Made by a program: the position numbers and the translations under genes. Of a DNA stretch of 64,000 nucleotides, positions 52,601 to 61,600 are shown piece after piece. Under the pieces are notes generated by a model. It worked only from the letters and a program-made list of their open reading frames with translations. It did not search any database and was not told where the DNA came from. Source of the DNA: Candidatus Omnitrophota bacterium (GTDB lineage Bacteria > Omnitrophota > Gorgyraeia > Zapsychrales > Fredricksoniimonadaceae); contig CAIOPG010000004.1 in the NCBI GenBank assembly GCA_903860135.1, positions 185,687 to 249,686 of the forward strand, written 5' to 3'. Position 1 is the first letter of the stretch. Each line of letters begins with the position of its first letter.

Positions 52601-55600
52601 CTGTCCTGCCGCGGGAACTCGACAAGATACGCACTATTCATCAAAGCACTTCCCTCTTCGGGGTCATTAAGTTCACAACGAATGATCGGTTGGCCGACAT
52701 CCATCCTGACAAGCCGCTGCGCCAGGCTCATATACTCAATCGTATTCCCGCCCAATGGATCCATATGGTCGATCGACAGCACATACTCCGCATATTTTGG
52801 AACTTCCTTAAGGACCTGTTCTTTACTGCTGAAGATCTTCGATGCTTTATCCTTGAGGACGACCACATAACTGCTCTCGTTATACGGGCGCTTCTTCAGC
52901 TGGGCGATTGACTCTTCGAGCGCCCCCTTCATGGGCTCAAGGATGATCGGATACGCACTGGTGATCGTCTTGCCGCCCAGCGTATACGTCCCTGCCGGCA
53001 GGACCATTGCATCACCGGCGCCCATAGGTAGCAGAATGCCGTTAACCTTAAGCGCAAACCGCTTCGTCTCCCTGTCATAGATAACCCCCATGCGCGCCAA
53101 CGCCTGATCCGTTCCCTTCCAATACTTGAGCGGTATCGCAAGTTTAAGATCCTTCCTGGTCAAATAGGCATATTCTTCCTTAGATACAGCCACAGGCAAT
53201 ATCCCCTGAACAATCGCCCGGCCCTGACCGTCATACATCGCCTTAAGCGTTTCAAGCACATCCGGCGAAAGATGAACCACCTGGCCATCACGCGTCATGA
53301 GGATGCTTGTCTGACCTTCCGATGAAACGTCACCGGTTACCGTGATCTCACGATTAATGGGCTGAGGGTCGACACTGTTATACGGCACCACCATATCCAG
53401 GTTTTGGATCGTCGTAGCATCGCGTGGCGTGCCTGCCGGGAGCTTTAGATCCTTATTTTTGTTCTTAACAACATCCAACGTAACCCCGCGCGTCAAGCTG
53501 AAGCCTGGGACCAGGCTCTGTCCTGGAGTAATACCCAAATTTGTCCCAATGCCAATATCAACGCCGCCACTAGCCTTCCAACCAGCGAACGTTTGCAATC
53601 CGCCCACCTTGGCCGAAAGACCAGCGCCGTAATTACCGTCGGAATAGAAACCATTCAAATGTCCCACTGTCCCGTTAATGCCAAGCCTGCCGTCATGGCT
53701 GTAAACAAGACTCGCCGAACTTTCCGCGCCCATCAGCGTGCCATTCAACGCCAGGCCGGCGAATGACGTCACACCAGCATTCTGCCGGCGCTCAACGCCC
53801 ACAGAAACCTTCAAGCCCTTGACGATCTCATACTGGTAAACAGCGCGTGCAAACTGCTCCGCCTGTGCCGCGCTCAGATTAATCTTTTCCGAAGGAACAA
53901 CATTCCCCTGGGCATCACGCAGCCGATCGTGGGTGAAGGCATCCCAATACGTGAACTCAGCGGTTGTATTGGCTGTCCCTTGGGTACGGCCTACTTCCAC
54001 CGTGATCTTGCCGCCATTCAAGATGGCATTACTGACCGCCGCCTGCACATTCGTCCCATAGGTGCGGGCATTGTTCTGATCCGCCCAGGCAACAAAACTA
54101 TCCCAGCCAAGATAAACAGATACCTTGTTAGAGCCGTTATCCGCCACATCGCGCTTAAAGGCAACGGCATAATCCAGGACGGTGGTGTTGGTATTCACCG
54201 TCGTATGACCAGCGTCACTCGTTGGATCATGGGCATCGAGAATAAGATAATTGGATTGTCGATACTGCGTAAGATTAAACGACGAGTTAAAGATCGTCGT
54301 CGGATTATACGTCAGCCAATTTACAGTGGCTGCTGTCAGGGACACAGGCGCAGCCGTCGCATCATAAGGCTGACGGCTTCCGGCACCGAGCGTCCACGTT
54401 GCACCATTAAAAAGCGGCCGCGTGGTGGAGCCAAAAGATACCGCCGTCCCATTATGGATATTGTTGGTAGAACTGCCCATCGCAGAAACTTCCGGCGTCA
54501 GGACAACAACCACGCCCGCCTCGTCCACAACATAAGCAGCCGCCTTGATGCGCGCCGCAAATTCCCCCTTCACCAGGCTGATGGCACTGGCTTCCGCCGC
54601 CGGCGCCAGATGAAGGCCCTTGATAACCTGCAGGGCCTTTTCAAGTTCTTCCTTGATCCGCTGGCTATAGACGGCTGCTTCTGCCGTGTACCGGGCAGAT
54701 ACCTCCAGGCGCTGCTTTTCAGCCGCCGCCATCTGCGCCTCAATTGCCTGAGCCGGAGCATAAGCATCCATAACCTGTTGCCGCGCATTATTCCGGGAGC
54801 CCAGCGCATCGTTGACAGCCCTCGAAGCCCCGGCACCGTTAGCCACCGCATTCCTGAGGTTATTCATCACCTCATCGGCAAATTCCTTGTTTTTCTTCAT
54901 TTTAGCCGCAACGTCCGGCGTAAAAATCGAAAGGTCATCAAATCCCGTCCGTAATTTCTGACTCAACCGCAAATTCTCGGCCCACAATGTCGACATGGTT
55001 TCATTGAAGCTCAGCGCATCCTGCGCCAACAACATAATGGGCCTGTCAAAATCCAGTTCACTGCCATGCGCGATGGCCACACGATCCATGGTCTCAACAT
55101 TATTGATCAGTGCTTGAACCGTAGCCGTAGCCTCCGGCGTCAAATTCTTGCCCTTCTGCAAATATGCCACTTCACTCATGATCTCCGTATGCCGTGCGCC
55201 CGTATAATACGGAATATATTCGGCAGGATCCTGCAACGGAATGTTCTTGAAATCCTGAACCGATACTATGATCGAGCTATCAAACAAAGTCTTGGTTTCA
55301 TTCAGGATCGCAATGTTTTCTGTCTCAATGGCGGTCTTCTCCGAAACAACCGCATCAAGATTAACAGGGCTGTAACCAAAATACTGCGTCGTCGGAGCGT
55401 TTCTATATAAAGCCTTGCTATTCTCAAGTACCGCGATATCTGCCTGCAGATTAGCGATTTTTTGATTAAAAACATTCGTCAAAGAAACAGGATTGTAGTT
55501 GAAATACTGTGTCGTCGGAGCACTCCGGTATACGTCCTTGCTTTGATTTAACGCCGCAATCCTGTCATTTATAATAGCGATCTTTTGGTCGACAACAGCA

Positions 55601-58600
55601 TATGGATCAAACCCGCCTGATTGCAAATCCACGGCATCCTGATTAACACGCGCCAGATCTGCAACGGCCACTAGCCGTTTTGCTGCCGTTTCATCTACAG
55701 CCTTTTGGAGAAACCCTGCCCACACCGTATCCCCTGCGGCTGTCGCCTTGTTCAGCTCGGCATTCCAATACGCAAGTCCGTTCTCAAGGGACTGGATATA
55801 ACCACCTGTTCCATTGGAACCCAAATAATAATTACGCGCCGCCTCTATCTGCGTTGGCGAGAATAAGACAGTAGAGAAATGCTGGCTTTCCATAAGATTA
55901 AGATTGTCGATATACCCCTGATTCGTGGAAATTTCGGCATCAATCAAGCTAACCTGCGATTGAATATAAGCCGCCGCATCATTATCCACAGACGGATCAT
56001 ACCTGGTCATATCTGTCCTGTCCTGCATAACGCGGACAAGATTCGCTCTGGCAGCCGTTAATGTGATCTCCGTGTTAGCAAGACAGCTTTCAAGAAACTG
56101 TACCCGCGCAGTGTCCCCTGCGGCATTCGCCTTGTCCCGTTCGGTATTCCAATACGTACGCCCATCTTCAAGAGACTTGATATAACCACCCGTTCCGTCA
56201 GCACCAACGTAATAATCATGCGCTGCGGTTATCTCTGCCTGCGATAAGAATACCGTCGAATAATCATTCTCCCTCGCCTTCGTCTGCAGACTGGCAAGAT
56301 TGTTCTGCGCTTTAAGAATATCGGCATCGATCTTATCGATCTGCCCCTGAAGGAAATTCGCCGCATCCGGATTAACAGCAGGGTCACTCAAAACCATATC
56401 CTTTGCATCCTGTACCACACGACCCCAAGCGCGCTCAATATTTATCTGTTTCCTCTGAGCAAGGCTCAATGCCTTCTCAAGAATCCCGATCAATGTGGGG
56501 TTCCCCTCGGCTTTAGCTAATTGCTGCCTCCAGAAAACAACAGAATTCTTCGCTTCCTCGATAGCCCCCACATTCCCATCCTTACCAAGGTAATAACCCC
56601 TCGCCTTTTCCATATCCGCTGGCGAAGAATATACCGTGTCATAATTGTGAGTATTCTGCAGGCTGAGCGCGGCAATATTTTGCTGGCTTTCAAGAATCGC
56701 CGGCGCGATCGGATCAATATAAGTCGACTGAATATACGCCACCGCCTGCTCATTGGTGGTAACAGTCTCTGGCGTAAAATAAAGCCGTCCCCACAAAAGC
56801 GGCGTTATTTCAGCATACCGGCGCATGACCGTTGCGCCGTCTGCAAATGATTTCACCTGTTTCGCTGCCCAGTCAAGGGCTTTGTCGTCGAACACCCCAG
56901 GGATCGTATTATAAAGCGGCGCGGTCTCCATCCGCGACAACCCGATCGATGAATGCAGGTACTGCAACTGATCGATCCTGGCCTGATTAACCGGCAGGTC
57001 CGCATCAAACGATAATCCGGCACCAGTCTTTTCTGCCTTGCGCACCGCCGACTGCGCCTGCCCTGCCAGCGCATACTGCTGAAGGTTCGAGCTCTCGATC
57101 TGCCGACCCAATTCCGTCAGCGTCCCATAGCCCTTTCCAAAACGCTTGAAATCCACGCCGCTCAAGGCCTGCTCCACCGCCGCATCCACCCGCAAACGAT
57201 TGCTCTCATAATCCGTCGGTATTGTTACTAACATCGGTACTTCAGGCACGGCCGTCAAATTACCCAAAGAATCTTCCGTTACACCTTTTGCATCCGGGTT
57301 CTCCTTAAATTTCTTCACGAGTTTCTTGTCATTGGAGCTGTACTCCATAAGCCCAACTTCACCGGGCTTTATACCCGGTCCATCCGTAACGATATTGCCT
57401 TGGGTGATATATTCCTCCGGATTGAGCCCACGGCTTCCCAAATACGTCTGGAACTTCAATTTATTATCCTCGCTCAGCGGCTCCACTTGGTATTGCTTCA
57501 TATCTGCCTGCGTGTACAAATATATAATCCTATCCGCAAGAATAATGCGTGCCAGCGACAATCCCGGCAAGGCCTTCGACAGATCAATATAAACCTCGAT
57601 CGTATCCTTGGTCTGACGCCCCGGCAGGCTCACGCCAGCGGGCAACAGCTCATACGCTGAACCACTCGTCAAATAGATCGGCGACGGAACCTTGTCCCCA
57701 AACGTCTTGCCCTTGTCAACATGCTGCGGCTCGACCTTAAAGGTGCCGACCGCATCAGGAGCCGTACCCGGACGTCTTTCCACCAATTCATAAACACTTT
57801 CCGGATGCTCCAGCGTCGGCTGCTGTTTCAACCTGAATACGAACGTCACGCCCGTGTGTACATCCCGGTCAAACGTGCCGCCCAAGGCAAAAGCCAGCGA
57901 CGACAATGTTTCTTTGGCGCTGGACAAAACAACGGCAAATACCGGCTTCGCTGGAACAAGAACATCCTTATCATCACGATGCTCCGGCCACATCAACGGC
58001 TTGCCTTCAGGCGTCAAGATCGGCCTGTCAAGATCCACCAACGCAGGCACCCACTGATATCTTCCGTCACGGAATGTTGGAACAGCCTGTATATCAAACC
58101 GGTGCTTTGTGTCATCTTTCAGATAAGAATCACCAAACTTCACGCCCGCAGACGGATTCACAGCAATACCCCTGTTCTCCCGGCCATTTTCCACACCCGC
58201 CTGCAAGCTCCTGGCCATAGCCGCATTCTGTTCCCTCTGCCTGCGGCTGATGATCGGTGCCACCTCCCCTTCATGCTGGAACAAACCAACACTCTTGAGC
58301 CATGCCGCTTTGAAATCCTCCAGCGGCGCATACAAGCCATCTGTCGTGCTGCCTTCAAAACGGAACACCTGGAACATCTCTGTCACACCCTCTTTACCCT
58401 GTGTGCTATACAGCTTGTTCCGGTCGATCTTGTAATAAATGAGGAACTGATCGCCCGGCAAAGTCTTGCTTTTCTTCGTCACGGACGTACCCTGGACAGG
58501 ACGGGATCTGACCCATGTGATGTTCTCATCGGTCTCATTATCCGCCGTTGTGTTGATCAGTTTTTCCATATCTCCCACAACAGCCGCCCATACATGACGC

Positions 58601-61600
58601 TTCAACACAAACGGTTCGTTGGTTCCAAACACATCCTTGACATACGGAATATTACCAAGGATTGACTTCAATAAACTTGTCGGAACTTTAATGATCGTCA
58701 GGCCTGTGGGCACTACGCGCTTACGATCACCCGTGTTAATAACATTGCCGTCAATAATATAACTGAACCCGTTATCCGTACGGCTGACAACATAACTTTC
58801 TTCGGCATCAGGGCCTCTAAAACTACCCGCAAAATTAATCGCCTGATCAATAACCCCGCCCACAGCCCAAACCCTGTTAAGCGTGGTCGTGAAAGGATCA
58901 CTCTTGCGTGTAGCCGCAGCAATAAGATTCGACAGGGACGTACTCCCCGGCACGGTTGGCCCGACACTCAAAAGAGACCCGAGACTATACGCGCCGCTGG
59001 GCATCTGATTATCAAGAATTACCCGCGCGTCTAATATCGACTGATCATCGCTCGCCCCGTTCTGCCTGGCAACGTTCAAGGCTTCCTTCTGCAGGGCTGC
59101 TGGCGTAAGATACTGCCCTAGCCATAGATTCTTCACAACACCAACAGCAGCTTCTCCGGCTTGTCTCGTCAAGGAAGAATTCTCCGGGGCATTGCCCCTC
59201 AACCGCGCAATTGTTTCCTCCAACCGTTCCTTTTCTCTCTTCTGTTTCGCCAATTCCTTCGCCGGATTATTGCTGAGATCATTCCCCCTATACCAATTCT
59301 CCACCGCTGTCAAAACTGTTCCCGGCAAACCCTGTGTCTTGTTCAGGCGGATCCTGGCAATGCTCACGGGCTTGCCATTCTGGCGGATCTCAACCGTATA
59401 CCCGTCCTTGGCCGTGGCCGAAGCAAATACCTCACCCGCCGTCGCCGCCTTGACCATATTAATATCCGTCAAGCCCTTGTAAACAACCGTAACATGACCC
59501 GAAGCGATCTCCACAACGCCCTTGCCCATCATCCGCGGCGTACCCGTCAGAATGGAGCGCACATGCGCCACTGAAGCCCTGCGCTCCTGCTGTCTAACCC
59601 CACGTTCGAACGTTACCCCCTTGATATGTGTCACCGAAGAACCTACAAGCTGTATGGACTCGGCCACCGGATCAATCTTGCCCTTGGGCAATGCGTACTG
59701 CGTCACCGGTGTCGGCAGCGCTTCAGACGCTGGCTTAAAGCCCTTGCGCAAGGAGTCTGGCATAACAGCCGCTTTAGACGAATCCAGCCCACCAGCCGTA
59801 GTGTCGAGCACGATCGGTGTGCTCGATGCCTGAACCTTAACAACCGGCTCTTTCTGCTGCGCAGAACAGCCCGCCAGCGCCAGCATCGCCACCAGCGATA
59901 AAAACCGCACGCTGCCGCTCATCCATCCATTCTTCTTGCCCCTCAACAGCGCTGGCACAAAGGCGCCGAGCATGAGGAGCGTCGCTAAACCATTGCCAGC
60001 CATACCAGCCAGTGTGAAATCGTTTGTGGAGGCCGGATTAAGAACAGGAACGGAGGGATGTCCTGTTAATCCAACCTCCACGCCCGCGACAGATTTGATT
60101 GCCGCAGGTTGTTGGGTGACGGACCCGAAATGGGTTGTTTGTATCAAATGATGTGTGAGAGCCGGGCCAAGAACAGTGGCGGAGGGATGCCCTGTTGACC
60201 CGACTCCCACGCCTGTGACAGACATATCTGCCTCAGGTATTTGGGCGACGAACCCGAAATTTATTGTGTTAAATGTTTGATGGTGTGTGATGAATTGATG
60301 ATGAGGATACGCATAAGCGCGCGCGGGAACTACTGTCTCAGCAACAAAAGCTGTTTCATCAGAAACAGTTTTACCGGCTCTCCAGGTTTCCCCTTCAGCC
60401 GTCAAATCATTCCTTACTGTGAATCTTTGCTCAACAAAATGAATCACTGGCTGTTCCGCGTCCTGTTGACGCCCAACAGCCACAAATTCTCTTGCTGATA
60501 AAGCTATAAGACCATAATTATTACGCGCATCCCGATTATCGTCAAACCGTGATTCACTAAACGTTGACGAAACCCTGGAAGCCGTAACAACTGACCATAT
60601 CAAAGAATAACTTCCTGTCGTATATACCACTTCTTCAGGGGCAGATACTTCAGGTATATTCCTTGTTAAGCTACCAACAGTTCCTTCTATCTTGTTCGCA
60701 GTAGAATTACCGAAACCTCGACCATTTGTCCTGCTAGAAGGATAAACACCCGTATACGTCTTAATTACGGTTGTTGCTTTTTCTGACGCACCCTTAATCC
60801 CAAGAACAACCAGCTCTTGCTGACGGGCATTCGTCACGATCCATTCAGGTTTAGTCAACCCATAATTCGGCTGATACACCTGATGAACCACCAATTCCAT
60901 ATCCTGCGTGTTAACAGGTAACCCTGAAACAGGTGCAGGTACGTTCTTGCTTTCTTCAGCCAACCAGCTTGCGCCAGTCGGGATATTTTCGTTCTTTCCG
61001 CTATAGTTCAACGCAGAAACAGAGCAATTGTTCGTTTCTACAGTAAGTGCTGCCTTTGAAACATTGCTGCTAACAACGTCACTACGATTTCCCTGAGCGC
61101 GATTGTAAGCCTTTGAACCGTCAGCCAGGAAATTAGCCGGTTCAACGCTTGTGCTGTTAATGCCATATTTAACCGATGCCCCTAACGCACGCTGGACATT
61201 CACGTTTGCTGCATTGTACAACATGTTCATGCTACGTAAACCATCTACAGTAAGCGCTACATCATTTGTCCAATCAGTCTTTGCGATCTTCTGTCCAGAG
61301 ATTGAACCTTCTGAAACAGAGCCGTTGTTAATGCCATCGATCTTAACCTGTATCCGGCTATTCTTTACGACCGTTACCACGTGAGTCGGACGAACCGTGG
61401 CAGTGCCGTTATGGCTGTTTAACCCTTCACCACTCTGTCCATCGTTTGCGACATCTTGCGCGGGCAGAGCTAGCGCATAGAAGCCGTTTTTCTCGTTACC
61501 TACGACCTCATCGACCTGTACCCCTAACGCATTCCGGGCACCCTCGTTCGTTACAAGAACAGTATTCGTTGCATTTCCTGCATTCCCTTGTCCTAACCAC

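Noticed and set aside
53929-58665. Several 300+ aa plus-strand ORFs (53929-54954, 57721-58665) inside the giant gene
   Set aside because: Arg/His/Ile-rich antisense artefacts. The continuous minus frame is the only frame open over the whole region.
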